A stretch of 64,000 nucleotides of DNA from an uncultured Sphingobacteriaceae bacterium (GTDB lineage: Bacteria > Bacteroidota > Bacteroidia > Sphingobacteriales > Sphingobacteriaceae). Location: NCBI GenBank assembly GCA_963795585.1, contig CAWCIO010000013.1, positions 336,770-400,769 of the forward strand. Reading direction: 5' to 3'. Position numbers and translations under genes: made by a program. Under the pieces are notes generated by a model. It ran no database searches, was not told the origin of the DNA, and saw nothing but the letters and a program-made list of their open reading frames with translations. How positions within the stretch are numbered: position 1 is the first letter of the stretch; every line of letters begins with the position of its first letter. Below are positions 1 to 10,832 of this stretch, in pieces.

Positions 1-83
1 CGAATTTAGTCAATTCAGTTTTATTGAGGTATTATAACATTTAGTTTAATTTATGCTGAATGAAAAATGCTTTAAAATGCACA

Positions 84-113
84 AAGCCTGAGTTCTATAA
101 AAAGACCAGGCTT
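84..113 (-). terminator. Possible terminator hairpin downstream of rne
   Basis: AAGCCTG (84-90) / CAGGCTT (107-113) inverted repeat just after the rne stop; long loop, weak U-tract. Confidence 0.35.
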
Positions 114-136
114 GCTATTTGTAATGTTATTTGTAA

Positions 137-1687
137 TTAAAGTTTAATCTCTTCGTCCTTTGAAGAAAGAAGTGAAATTCAGTTAGATTATACGAAGAAA
201 CCGCTTTACTTTATCCATTGTCCAAATTTAAAAAACCATTTCCATTGAAGGGAAATAAACCTTTTTTAATGTATGCTTCAATATAAGGATGTACACAAAG
301 CGTAATATTTTTTTCATTTTGCTCTTCAAAATATAGTTAAGATTGTTTTCAATATCATCCATCAATACAATACTTGCCTTAATTTCACCAGTACCATCAC
401 AGGTCGGGCAAATTTCACTGGTTACAATATTCATTTCGGGTCGTACACGCTGGCGGGTAATTTGAACCAAACCAAATTTACTTGGCGGCAAGATGGTATG
501 CTTTGCACGGTCGAGCAACATCAGGTCTCGCAGATAATCAAACAGCATTTTTACGGTTTGTTGGTTTGTGCATATCGATAAAATCGATCACCACAATACC
601 TCCCATATCGCGCAAGCGCAACTGACGGGCAATTTCTTTTGCAGCTTCTTTATTTACCTGTAACGCATTTTCTTCCTGGTTTTCTTTACTGGCTGTACGG
701 TTACCGCTATTTACATCAATAACATGCAGTGCTTCGGTATGCTCAACTACTAGGTAAGCACCACCAGCAAGGTTTACTGTTTTACCAAAAGCAGTTTTTA
801 TTTGCTTTTCGACACCAAAATGTTCAAAGATTGGCTCTTTATGTTTGTACAGTTTAACAATATTTTCCATATCAGGCGAAATTTCGTGTACATATGAACG
901 GATATCTTCGAAAAGACCATGTATCATTTACATAAACATTTGTAAAATCGGGATTCAGAATATCACGTATCAATGTAGAGGTACGGTCCATCTCGCCCCA
1001 AACACGTTTTGAAGGTTCCGCATCAGGTAACTTCTTAATGAAGTTTTCCCATTTAGATATCAGATCCAGCAGATCCTTTTGCATTTCGGCAACTCCTTTA
1101 CCTTCGGATACGGTACTGATAATTACTCCAAAATTCTTAGGCTTAATACTTTCAATAATCTTTCTTAAACGATTACGTTCGGTATTGCTTTTTATCTTTT
1201 TGGAGATAGATATTACATTAGAAAAAGGCACCAGTACAACATACCTTCCGGCTATCGAAAGGTCGGAACTTAAACGAGGGCCTTTTGTTGAAATTGGCTC
1301 TTTTGCAATTTGTACAGGCAGGATCAAGATTTTTGCTTAACACTTCAGATATTTTACCGGCTTTATTAATATCAGCTTCCAGCTTAAAATTATCCAATAA
1401 AGTGCCATGTAACCGAGCCGTTACGCTTGATTTTAGTAAGCTTTATTAAAGACTGCACCTGCGGCCCAAGATCAAAATAATGCAAAAATGCATCTTTCTC
1501 ATAACCAACATCAACAAAAGCAGCATTTAGGCCCGGCATGATTTTTTTAATGCGGCCTAAATAAATATCACCAACAGCATAATTGTTATTGATCTGTTCT
1601 TTATGAAGTTCTACAAGTTGTTTATCTTGAAATAATGCAATGGTTAGTCCCAGTGGGGGTCGAATCGATAATTAATTCTTTTATCAA
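137..1687 (-). CDS. rng: Rne/Rng family ribonuclease (RNase E/G), split by several apparent frameshifts
   Basis: ORF fragments give QIAKEPISTKGPRLS, IDVNSG, LRLRDMGGIVVIDFIDM, SKFGLVQITRQR and CPTCDGTG; TTG start at 1687 (IKELIIDSTP); C-terminus reads ..KDEEIKL-TAA ending at 137. Confidence 0.9.
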
Positions 1688-1815
1688 CTGCTACCCATTT
1701 TAAGGCATTTAACGCCTTATTAACACATGGACAATAAAAAACATATGCAACTAAAAATATATAGCTACGATCAAATCTTAGCCTAAATATTTATTGATGC
1801 ATTACATTAAGAAAT

Positions 1816-1905
1816 CTATTTTTTCTTATGTCTGTTTTTTCTTAAACGTTTTTTACGTTTATGGGTAGCCATTTTATGTCTTTTTCTTTTTTTACCGCTT
1901 GGCAT
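1816..1905 (-). CDS. Small basic ribosomal protein, bS22 / AURKAIP1-COX24 (mS38-like) family, 29 aa
   Basis: Hand-translated: MPSGKKRKRHKMATHKRKKRLRKNRHKKK-TAG; below the ORF-track cutoff; resembles the Bacteroidota bS22 sequence as I recall it. Confidence 0.85.
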   Translation of the reverse strand: MPSGKKRKRHKMATHKRKKRLRKNRHKKK

Positions 1906-1937
1906 AATTTTAAATTTTAAATGTTTTTATTAATCTG

Positions 1938-2822
1938 TTAATTAATTTTTATTTTTAGCTCAGATACCTTTTTATCAATGAATTTAGATAAGGTTGGATT
2001 AGCAGCTAATTTTTTGCTTTTTAGATAAGCATCAATTGCTTCTTTGTTTCATGCCCAGATTTTTATAAGCAGTTCGCCAGATAAAAATAAGCTTCAGGAC
2101 GTCGGCTTATGTGCAATAATATCTTTAAACCTGACTAATTGCTTTATCAAACTGCCCGATTTCATCGCAAACATACCTAGATTCATATTTGCTTTCAGGT
2201 TTTTCGGATCTTTTGCTACAACATCCAGCAACATTGCAATACCCTGCATAGGCATGCTGCCCATTCCGTTTACATATAGTAATACCTAAGCCTGTTTTAG
2301 CATCAATACTTGTTGAGTCTATCTCTAATGCATTTTTAAAAGCCGCAATTGCTTTTTGCAATAAAGCAGGTTGAACTATACTATCCTGAGTACTTTCAAA
2401 TGCTCTTTAAAACGGTTGCCTGCATGCTAACCAGTTGTTCAATGCTGTTCTCTGTTTGGCTACAATCTCTAGAATAAAATGCAGCTGGAGCTGGCTTGGT
2501 CTACATCGTCCCATTTCTGAGCCAGTTGTTTTTGCAAGTTCAGTTTATCTGCATCGCTAGCGCTTTTGTAACTGGTTTTCAAAGCGTGTAATGTCTGCAG
2601 CAAGAGCTGTCACTGATTGCAGTTTTTGCAGCAGTGAGAAACCTCTTCAACGATTAATTGTTGCAGGAGCTGTCGGAGTCATTTGACCGCTGGCACGGCA
2701 CTATTACCAGTTTCTTCCTTTGGTTTTACTAAACCTTTAATGCTCATGGTAAACAAAAATACAACAAGCAATACAATTGCTACAATAATAACTATTTGTT
2801 TTGATCTGATACTGCTTATCAT
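1938..2822 (-). CDS. Membrane-anchored tetratricopeptide-repeat protein (frameshifted in this sequence)
   Basis: ATG at 2822 followed by a hydrophobic segment; TPR-like fragments QKAIAAFKNALEIDSTSIDAKTGLG, GQFDKAI and AIDAYLKSKKL; TAA at 1938. Confidence 0.7.
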
Positions 2823-2829
2823 AATTATA

Positions 2830-3130
2830 TTAAGCTTCTACTTTAGCTTTTTTTGAACTGTTCTTTACTTTTTCAACAAATACTTTTGCTGGTTTAAAGC
2901 TTGGAACAAAATGCTCAGGGATAATAATCGCAGTGTTTTTTGAAATATTACGTGCTGTTTTTTTGCTCTCTTTTTTACAACAAAACTTCCGAAGCCTCTT
3001 ACATAAACATTTTCTCCACCAACCATTGAGTTTTAACAACCTTGAAAAATGCCTCAACAGTTTCCTGAACATCAACTTTCTCAATTCCTGTTTTAGATGA
3101 GATTTCAGCTATAATTTCTGCCTTAGTCAT
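2830..3130 (-). CDS. hup: HU/IHF family DNA-binding protein (frameshifted in this sequence)
   Basis: MTKAEIIAEISSKTGIEKVDVQETVEAFF... from ATG 3130; ..KTARNISKNTAIIIPEHFVPSFKPAK C-terminus. Confidence 0.9.
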
Positions 3131-3182
3131 ATTCTATTTTTATTTATTTATTATGTATAAATACTTAACTGTTTTGGGGTTG

Positions 3183-3285
3183 CAAAAGTATTGCTTTTTA
3201 ATGAGATAGGAAAATAAAAGATGATTTTTTTGTTAAGTCTTCTATCAGGGAATTGCAACTTTTGTACAATAAGCACGTATTTTTG
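3183..3285. promoter_or_regulatory. Divergent Bacteroidota housekeeping -7 promoter boxes for hup (minus) and mutY (plus)
   Basis: TACTTTTG on minus strand (3183-3190) and TATTTTTG on plus strand (3278-3285) match TAnnTTTG. Confidence 0.65.
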
Positions 3286-3290
3286 TAGTT

Positions 3291-4339
3291 ATGGCTTTTC
3301 AAAATGAAATTACAAAATGGTACCTAATCAATAAGCGGGACTTACCTTGGCGGGAACGACGAATGCCTACGTTATATGGCTATCTGAAATCATTCTGCAG
3401 CAAACCAGGGTTGAGCAGGGACTGCCATATTTCAATCGATTTTTAGAAGCTTATCCGACTGTAAGGGATTTTGCTGAGGCAAGCGAATCACAGGTTTTAA
3501 AGTTGTGGCAGGGCCTTGGTTATTACTCTAGGGGAAGAAATATGCTTTATACTGCCAGGCAGATTATGGAGTTATATCAGGGGGAATTTCCTGTTAGCTA
3601 CGACGCACTTATTCAGCTTAAGGGGATTGGAGAATATACTGCGGCAGCAATCTCATCATTTTCTGCCGATGAACAAAAGCCGGTCGTTGATGGGAACGTA
3701 TTTCGTGTTTTGTCACGTTATTTTGGTATCCATACGCCTATCAATAGCACTGATGGTCGAAAGCAATTCCTTGAACTTGCAAATGAGCTAATAGCAGGGC
3801 AAATCCCGTCAGTATACAATCAAGCCATTATGGAATTCGGTGCGCTACAGTGCAAACCTAAATCTCCCGCCTGTGTCATTTGTCCGTTGCAGACTGGATG
3901 TTTTGCAAAGAATAATGATTTGGTAAATGAACTTCCCGTTAAAGAGAAAAAATTGAAAAAGCGGATAAGGTATTTCAATTACTTTGTTTGTAGAAATGGG
4001 GATGAATTGCTGGTTAACAAGCGTCAGTCCGGTGATATTTGGCAGGAATTGTATGATTTCCCATTAATTGAATCCAGTGGAAATTATCTGGAGGTTCCAG
4101 AAGAATTCAGCAATAATTTGAAAGAAAATTTCGGCCCAACCGCTATAATTATTCCTCTTGATCATAAAAAACATTTATTAACACACCAAACTATATATGT
4201 TCAATTTTTTGCTTTAGATAATTATATCATTAACTTTAATCATAATGCAGAAATAAAATGGGTTACTTTAAAGGAGTTCGACTTGTTGCCGCAACCTAAA
4301 GTAATTAGCAATTTTATAAGCTCCTATCCAGTAGATTAG
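3291..4339 (+). CDS. mutY: A/G-specific adenine glycosylase
   Basis: MAFQNEITKWYLINKRDLPWR from 3291, one frameshift near 3350, then WLSEIILQQT, GLGYYSR, HhH GIGEYTA, VDGNVFRV and the 4Fe-4S motif CKPKSPACVICPLQTGC. Confidence 0.95.
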
Positions 4340-4354
4340 TAAAAAACAGAATTC

Positions 4355-4777
4355 ATGTCAGGTATTAACAAAGTTATTTTAGTAGGACATCTCGGTAAAG
4401 ACCCTGAAGTCAGACATTTAGATGGAGGTGTTACTGTTGCTAGTTTTCCATTGGCAACTTCAGAGACCTATAACAAAGATGGCAAGAGAATAGAGCAAAC
4501 GGAATGGCATAACATTGTGTTATGGAGAGGACTTGCAGAAGTTGCCTCTAAGTACTTAACAAAAGGAAAGCTGGTCTATATAGAAGGTAAGCTACGCACC
4601 CGCTCTTTTGAAGACAGGGAGAAGATAAAAAAATATGTAACTGAAGTAGTCGCGGAAAACTTCACCATACTTGGAAGGAAGAGCGATTTTGAACAAACAC
4701 CGGCCGGAAATGAAAATACTACCCCAAAAAGTGAAACCGACTATATCGATGATCCTTCGGGAGATCTTCCTTTTTAG
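4355..4777 (+). CDS. ssb: Single-stranded DNA-binding protein
   Basis: INKVILVGHLGKDPE, TEWHNIV, EGKLRTR and acidic tail ending DLPF. Confidence 0.97.
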   Translation: MSGINKVILVGHLGKDPEVRHLDGGVTVASFPLATSETYNKDGKRIEQTEWHNIVLWRGLAEVASKYLTKGKLVYIEGKLRTRSFEDREKIKKYVTEVVAENFTILGRKSDFEQTPAGNENTTPKSETDYIDDPSGDLPF

Positions 4778-4807
4778 ATCAGAATAAAAATCAAATCTTT
4801 TATAAAT

Positions 4808-4844
4808 AAAAAGTCTGTCAGTTTATGGCCTGACAGACTTTTTT
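4808..4844. terminator. Bidirectional intrinsic terminator between ssb and the DUF4270 gene
   Basis: AAAAAGTCTGTCAG-loop-CTGACAGACTTTTT between convergent genes. Confidence 0.85.
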
Positions 4845-4870
4845 AACTAATTTAACTAAGTTGATTTCTG

Positions 4871-6322
4871 CTATTCAGCTATCTTGCTGTAATAAATGTT
4901 TAGCTTAATGCCCTTCTGACCAGTTCCAGGTGCCTTACTATTGATTACCGCCCTTGCTCCGGAGCTTACTGATGGGTTGATATTAAATTCTGTAAGCGAA
5001 CTTGGCGCCAGGTAAGTACCATAATCTTCGGTCTTTCCATCGATCAGATCCTGCACATAGGCAGTAACAGTAAATATATATCTTTTGTTAGTGGAATCAT
5101 AGAAACCGCCAAATGCAGCATCAGATCCCGCATATCTGTTAGGTTCACCACCGGTTTGGGTCGGTGCGTCGTTATCTGGAACATTTTTTCTTTGTCCAGC
5201 GATGTCTAACCTATAGAGTGCCAATCTTTGTGCTGCAGTAAAAGGAGCAACATCAGTTCCGCTATTTAAATTGATAACCAGTTCTGCGCGGTTTACCACT
5301 ATCTTAGCATTTGCATTTCCGGCTTTTATTCTGGTTGCTACATCTTTCAAATCAGGGAAAGATATCTTGCTTCTAATACCCGCCAGGGCTTGAAGGTAGC
5401 TTACCGGGTAAGGTATTGTCGGGTTTGGCGTCGTAATCTGAGCCTGTACGGGTGTACCTGTATAATCATGTGTAACGGTTGATGCTACTGGAGTGTTGCT
5501 CGAAGATATTGGGAACTTAACTGCAACAGTATCTGTAGCAGTTGTGGTGCTCTCGTTTTGCTTTTTATAATAGATTTCCAGATTTGCATCAGAACCGGAG
5601 AAACCGAAAAAAGCGATCCCGCCTGTACCTGTAATCTTACTTTTGTCTACACTAACCTTCAATCCCTTAAATGAAGCTCTGAATTTGCTGTTTGTAGATC
5701 TTTTTGCTGAATCCAGGTTAATGATGTTATTTTGAATAAAAGCATTAGTCAGCTTAATTCTCAATTGAGGAACAACTGTTTTTAAAGTATCCGCAGCGCC
5801 CGTGACAATATCATTGATTTTAGAAGGGGTTTTGGGTTGTAGTTTACCTTCGAAAGTTCCCTGTACTGCTGTTTCGGTTGCCCATTGTCTGTTGCTCAGG
5901 AAAGATTTCTGTAAAGAAAGGTCTGTCATTAGCTGCCTTACGTTGAAAGCGTAGTTAGAAGTAGTAGTATCTCCATAGAACTGGGTAGAATATGGTAATA
6001 CCAATACTGCTGAGTCGATTACTGCGTTAGTCCCAAAGCTATAACCTTCACTAGGAAGCGTTACGGCCATCACAATACTTGCTTCTGTACTACCAAATGT
6101 AGGATCTGCATTGATAAAGCCGAGAGGTTGTCTTGCCGATCCTATTGTTGTAGTCACTTCATCAAGTTCAGTTGAGGTATTTACCGTGACGCCATCTTCA
6201 AGCGTACCCTCTATTTTATCACCCAGATCAGGTTCAAAACCTATAGTGTTGGTACTTTTACACGATGCAAAAAGAAAAAGACCTATCAACAGGGTTAATA
6301 AGTCTTGTTTTGTAAATTTCAT
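4871..6322 (-). CDS. DUF4270 family lipoprotein
   Basis: Lipobox LFASC; DPTFG, IDSAVLVLPY, FKGL, VNRAEL and C-terminal LNIYYS; position next to glgA/panC typical of Bacteroidota. Confidence 0.8.
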   Translation of the reverse strand: MKFTKQDLLTLLIGLFLFASCKSTNTIGFEPDLGDKIEGTLEDGVTVNTSTELDEVTTTIGSARQPLGFINADPTFGSTEASIVMAVTLPSEGYSFGTNAVIDSAVLVLPYSTQFYGDTTTSNYAFNVRQLMTDLSLQKSFLSNRQWATETAVQGTFEGKLQPKTPSKINDIVTGAADTLKTVVPQLRIKLTNAFIQNNIINLDSAKRSTNSKFRASFKGLKVSVDKSKITGTGGIAFFGFSGSDANLEIYYKKQNESTTTATDTVAVKFPISSSNTPVASTVTHDYTGTPVQAQITTPNPTIPYPVSYLQALAGIRSKISFPDLKDVATRIKAGNANAKIVVNRAELVINLNSGTDVAPFTAAQRLALYRLDIAGQRKNVPDNDAPTQTGGEPNRYAGSDAAFGGFYDSTNKRYIFTVTAYVQDLIDGKTEDYGTYLAPSSLTEFNINPSVSSGARAVINSKAPGTGQKGIKLNIYYSKIAE

Positions 6323-6346
6323 ATTTAAAATTAAATAATACCTGAT

Positions 6347-7181
6347 TTAAGCTACTGAAACCAATTCTTCATTTGAAATCTCTTCATAAAATGAATAGAA
6401 GTTGTCGAAATTTTCGGTTAAATTAAAAGCTAAAGTTGGCTTATTAGAATCTTTAACAAATTTTAACACATCATCATCTAGCTTTTCATCGGCTAAAACT
6501 ACTGCATCTGAGTGAGTTACTAGCGCCAATGTGCATGCTGTTGCAATCTGCTTTTATCAAATACTTTTGTATCCTCTTCAGTCATAGTTGTTCATTACAG
6601 CTTTTTTATAGAGATCTGTATTTAGTGTTTCAGTAAAGCAGTCTTCATAAATAGAGTAAACAACTTTTGAATTTTTAAAGGTAGGATCGTTTTTGTAGGT
6701 TGTTTTAATATATGCAGGAACCAGAGCAGTCATCCATCCATGACAGTGAACAATATCTGGTGCCCAACCTAATTTTTTAACAGTTTCTAATGCGCCTTTG
6801 CAGAAGAAAATCGTGCGCTCATCATTATCTGCATAAAACTTGTTTTCTTTATCTCTGAATACATATTTACGTTGAAAATAATCTTCATTATCTAGAGAAA
6901 TAAACCTGCATGCGTGCAGCTGGAATAGAGGCTACTTTAATAATCAAAGGATTGTCATTGTCATCAATAATGATGTTCATTCCTGATAAGCGTATTACCT
7001 CGTGTAATCTGTTCCTTCTTTCGTTAATGTTACCAAACCTTGGCATCAAGATACGGATTTCAAATCCTTTTTCTTGCATTGCCTGCGGTAATTGGCGGGT
7101 AATTTCTGAAATTTTAGTGAGTTCGAGGAAAGGCGACATCTCGTGTGTAACAATCAGTAGCTTCGTTTTTGCCATCTCCAT
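6347..7181 (-). CDS. glgA: Glycogen/starch synthase catalytic-domain protein (short Bacteroidota type; frameshifted)
   Basis: THEMSPF, EIRILMPRFGNINERRNRLHEVIRLSGMNI; downstream frames give FCKGALETVKKLGWAPDIVHCHGWM. Confidence 0.85.
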
Positions 7182-7335
7182 ATTCGTAAATAAAAATTTA
7201 TGTTAAAGAAAAGATTATCAAGGTGCAAAGGTAAGCATAATAATAATATTTATCAATATACATACGCAATATGTTTTGTTGCGTTATAGTATAAATATAT
7301 CAACTTTACGGCATTTAAATTTAACTAACCTGAAT

Positions 7336-8208
7336 TTGGAAAGTTATAAATACCATCGCGGCGCTTGAAGTCGTTGCTTAAAGCCATTAAAAGATCGGCT
7401 AACAAAAATTGCATTAGTGCCTACAATGGGTGCATTGCATAAAGGACATATATCTCTGATTAAACTGGCTCAGCAACATGCTGATATCGTTGTTTGTAGC
7501 ATTTTCGTAAATCCAACACAGTTTACAGATCCTAAAGATTTGGAAAAATATCCCACGCCCCTTGAGCATGATATGGCTATGTTGGAAGAATGTGGTTGCG
7601 ATGGTGTATTTATGCCAACCGTAAAAGAAATGTATCCCTGTCCGGAGCAGAGAATTGGCATATCGATCTTGGCCCTGCAGAATTTTTACTCGAAGGTGAA
7701 TTTAGAAAAGGCCATTACCAGGGAGTGACACAGATTGTAAAAAAGCTGTTTGATGCCGTTAGAGCCTGATGTGGCATTGTTCGGACAAAAAGATTTTCAA
7801 CAGGTATTGATGATACAAGAATATGGTGACTTATTTTAATATGCCAGTACGATTATCACCTGCCCGATTATCAGAGAAGATGATGGACTTGGCCATGAGC
7901 TCCAGAAATATTCATCTTATCGAGCAGAGACCGCAAACATGCATTGGTGCTGAGTCAGGCATTAGCAATATGTAATAGATCATTTGATAATCAGTCACAT
8001 TACCGAATTAGAACTAGAAGCAAAGCAAAATGATCAGATGAGATACCAGGGTGTTGAACTCGATTATTTTACCATTGCCGATGGGGAAACACTTACCCAT
8101 ATGCCAAAGATGAAGACAAGTGCCGCCAGCTTGTAGCAGCTTAGTCGACAGTTAAAGTATGGATGATAACGCGTTTAAGTCAGATAATATGCATACTGTC
8201 AACTGTAA
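7336..8208 (+). CDS. panC: Pantoate--beta-alanine ligase (many apparent frameshifts; ends approximate)
   Basis: VPTMGALHKGHISL, SIFVNPTQF, FGQKDFQQ and REDDGL/AMSSRN fragments; directly upstream of panD. Confidence 0.9.
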
Positions 8209-8260
8209 TGCACTTCCGATAACTTTGCATCTTCCATTTTCAACTTCATAAAATTATTCC

Positions 8261-8268
8261 TAACTTTG
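8261..8268 (+). promoter_or_regulatory. -7 promoter box of panD
   Basis: TAACTTTG, 4 nt before the ATG. Confidence 0.6.
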
Positions 8269-8272
8269 CCAA

Positions 8273-8623
8273 ATGATTATCGAGATATTAAAATCGAAAA
8301 TACACCGTGTTAAGGTAACACAGGCAGAATTAAATTACGTTGGCAGTATTACGATAGATGAAGATTTGATGGATGCAGCTAACATCATTGCAAATGAAAA
8401 GGTGCAGATTGTAAATAATAATAACGGTGAACGTTTCGAAACCTATGTAATTAAAGGCGAGCGCGGTACCGGAACCATTTGTTTAAATGGCGCAACAGCC
8501 CGTAAGGCGCAGGTTGGCGATATTCTGATTATCATGTCATACGGTTCATTGCCAATAGAAGAAGCTAAAAAATACAACCCGATTCTTGTTTTTCCTGACG
8601 ATAACAATCACTTGCTAAAATAG
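8273..8623 (+). CDS. panD: Aspartate 1-decarboxylase
   Basis: [14 protein letters not shown] self-cleavage site, [15 protein letters not shown]. Confidence 0.97.
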   Translation: MIIEILKSKIHRVKVTQAELNYVGSITIDEDLMDAANIIANEKVQIVNNNNGERFETYVIKGERGTGTICLNGATARKAQVGDILIIMSYGSLPIEEAKKYNPILVFPDDNNHLLK

Positions 8624-8719
8624 GCTAAATGTATATTTTAAAAATAATACTATGCTGCCATAGATTTTGACTCAGAATTATATAAATTTGGCTAAGTTAT
8701 TATTTTATAATATATAATT

Positions 8720-9857
8720 ATGCTATTTCAATTAAGTGAAGAACAATTGATGATCCAGCAGGCAGCTAGAGATTTTGCTCAGATGAGCTGAAGCCGGGGG
8801 TCATTGAAAGAGATGAGCATCAAAAGTTTCCGGCAGAGCAGGTGAAAAAGCTTGGGGAACTCGGTTTTTTGGGAATGATGGTGTCTGAAAAATATAGCGG
8901 TAGCGGTATGGATGCCATTTCATATGTTCTGGTTATGGAAGAACTGTCTAAAATAGATGCTTCTGCTTCCGTAGTTGTTTCGGTAAACAATTCTTTGGTT
9001 TGTTATGGCTTGAAGCTTACGGTTCTGAATTTCAAAAAGAAAAGTACTTAAAACCTCTGGCTTCAGGCCAGAAGATCGGTGCATTTTGTTTTTCCGAACC
9101 AGAAGCGGGTTCTGATGCCACTTCACAGCAAACAACGGCTGAAGATAAGGGCGATCATTATTTATTAAATGGTACTAAGAATTGGATTACCAATGGAGGT
9201 ACTGCTTCTACTTATCTGGTTATCGCACAGACAGATCGGTCGCTAAAGCACAGAGGGATCAACGCCTTTATTGTGGAAAAGGGAATGGAGGGTTTTACTG
9301 TAGGTCCTAAAGAAAATAAACTTGGAATACGTGGTTCAGATACACATTCACTAATGTTCAATGACGTTAAAGTCCCAAAAGAAAACCGTATTGGAGAAGA
9401 AGGATTTGGATTTAAGTTTGCGATGAAGACGCTTGAAGGTGGTCGTATCGGAATTGCTGCGCAGGCTTTAGGTATAGCAGCGGGCGCATATGAATTAGCA
9501 CTGGCTTATGCAAAAGAGCGCAAATCCTTTGGGAAACCTATAGCAGAACATCAGGCAATTGCTTTCAAGCTGGCTGATATGGCTACCCAAATAGAAGCTG
9601 CCAGATTACTTGTACACAAAGCCGCATGGTTAAAAGATCAGGGACAACCCTACACACTTGCGGGATCTATGGCTAAACTTTACGCTTCTAAAGTGGCAAT
9701 GGATGTTACTGTAGAGGCTGTACAGATCCATGGCGGTTATGGCTTCGTCAAGGAATACCATGTGGAGCGATTGATGCGTGATGCAAAAATCACTCAAATT
9801 TATGAGGGTACGTCCGAAATTCAAAAAGTGGTAATATCCAGGGATATCCTGAAATAA
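8720..9857 (+). CDS. Acyl-CoA dehydrogenase (short/branched-chain type; two apparent frameshifts near 8783 and 9011)
   Basis: [20 protein letters not shown] from 8720; [46 protein letters not shown]. Confidence 0.92.
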
Positions 9858-9877
9858 TAGATTGGCAGGAAGTGAAG

Positions 9878-9905
9878 TTATCTCCAGGGTTTGTCCTGGA
9901 GATAA
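9878..9905. terminator. Hairpin between convergent genes (likely terminator)
   Basis: TTATCTCCAGG-GTTTGT-CCTGGAGATAA, perfect 11-bp stem. Confidence 0.7.
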
Positions 9906-9917
9906 TGATTGTTCTGT

Positions 9918-10262
9918 TTAGTCTTCGCTTCCGGCAATGGCTCCAAAAATGGCTTTGATGATAGCCACTACGATAGCAAGTATTGCTGCTGAAAGAAAAC
10001 CTGAAGTATTAAAGCCGGTCATTAGACGGTCAACGAGTATGATCATTAATACACTGATGATGAAAGAAACCAGGCCCAGTGTAAGAAAATTGATGGGAAA
10101 CGTCATTACCCTCAAAATAAAACCGATGGTAGCATTTGCAAGTGCAATAAGGATTGCCGCTGCCAGCGCGCTCCCATAGCCATCTACAGTTACTCCGGGA
10201 ACTAATTTCGCTCCGAGGAATACTGCCAGGCCCATTAATAAAATTTCTAGAATCAGTCGCAT
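9918..10262 (-). CDS. Four-TM membrane protein, YvlD/DUF360 ('phage holin family')
   Basis: Four hydrophobic helices; VPGVTV and PINFLTLGL motifs. Confidence 0.8.
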   Translation of the reverse strand: MRLILEILLMGLAVFLGAKLVPGVTVDGYGSALAAAILIALANATIGFILRVMTFPINFLTLGLVSFIISVLMIILVDRLMTGFNTSGFLSAAILAIVVAIIKAIFGAIAGSED

Positions 10263-10280
10263 AATGTTTAATTTAGTGAT

Positions 10281-10706
10281 ATGGTTAAAAGGATTGCTTT
10301 TTCGACATTATATATAGTGTTTTTATACGGTTGTTCATCATCAAATAGCAAGCCACTTTTGATTACATTTTCTGCAGATAGCACAAACATTGAATTGAAC
10401 AATGTGGATAAAGTTGGTCTATGGCGATTGCATGAACTTAAATCTTCAGATTCTTTATTAAACGAGCTGGTGGTAGTTTTGCAGGTGCCTTCTGAAACCG
10501 ATACCAGCCTAAAGGAAATGCCGCTTGATGGTGATGTTGTGCTGACAGACAGTAATGTCGTGTTCCAGCCTGCCATGCCGTTTTTAAAAGGACGTCAGTA
10601 CCTCGTTATTACGCACCTTAATGCTAAGTTTGGAGATGTTGGAGATATGCTTTCCGGGAAGTTGGCAACCCACGTGAAACCCATACAGAAGCTATTAATC
10701 AGGTAG
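10281..10706 (+). CDS. Hypothetical lipoprotein
   Basis: Signal peptide with lipobox LYGC; beta-rich mature part ending FQPAMPFLKGRQY. Confidence 0.65.
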   Translation: MVKRIAFSTLYIVFLYGCSSSNSKPLLITFSADSTNIELNNVDKVGLWRLHELKSSDSLLNELVVVLQVPSETDTSLKEMPLDGDVVLTDSNVVFQPAMPFLKGRQYLVITHLNAKFGDVGDMLSGKLATHVKPIQKLLIR

Positions 10707-10788
10707 ATGCCGTTCTTCCGCTGTAAAGGGATTGTAAAATGAATGAAAAAAATATCGACATTAGTTGCCAACTAGCCATTACTTTAAT

Positions 10789-10796
10789 TACTTTTG
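10789..10796 (+). promoter_or_regulatory. -7 promoter box upstream of fecR-susC-susD
   Basis: TACTTTTG matches TAnnTTTG; short palindrome TAGTTG-C-CAACTA at 10762-10774 upstream. Confidence 0.5.
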
Positions 10797-10832
10797 GGTT
10801 GGGCTTGATAAGGAGCTTTCAACTAACTTATT

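Noticed and set aside
8220-8269. Duplicated TAACTTTGC before panD as tandem promoters
   Set aside because: The first copy adjoins the heavily error-laden 3' end of panC and may be artefactual; only the ATG-proximal copy was kept
9918-10262. Holin as evidence of a prophage
   Set aside because: YvlD/DUF360-type proteins are common chromosomal membrane proteins; no endolysin, integrase or structural phage genes nearby
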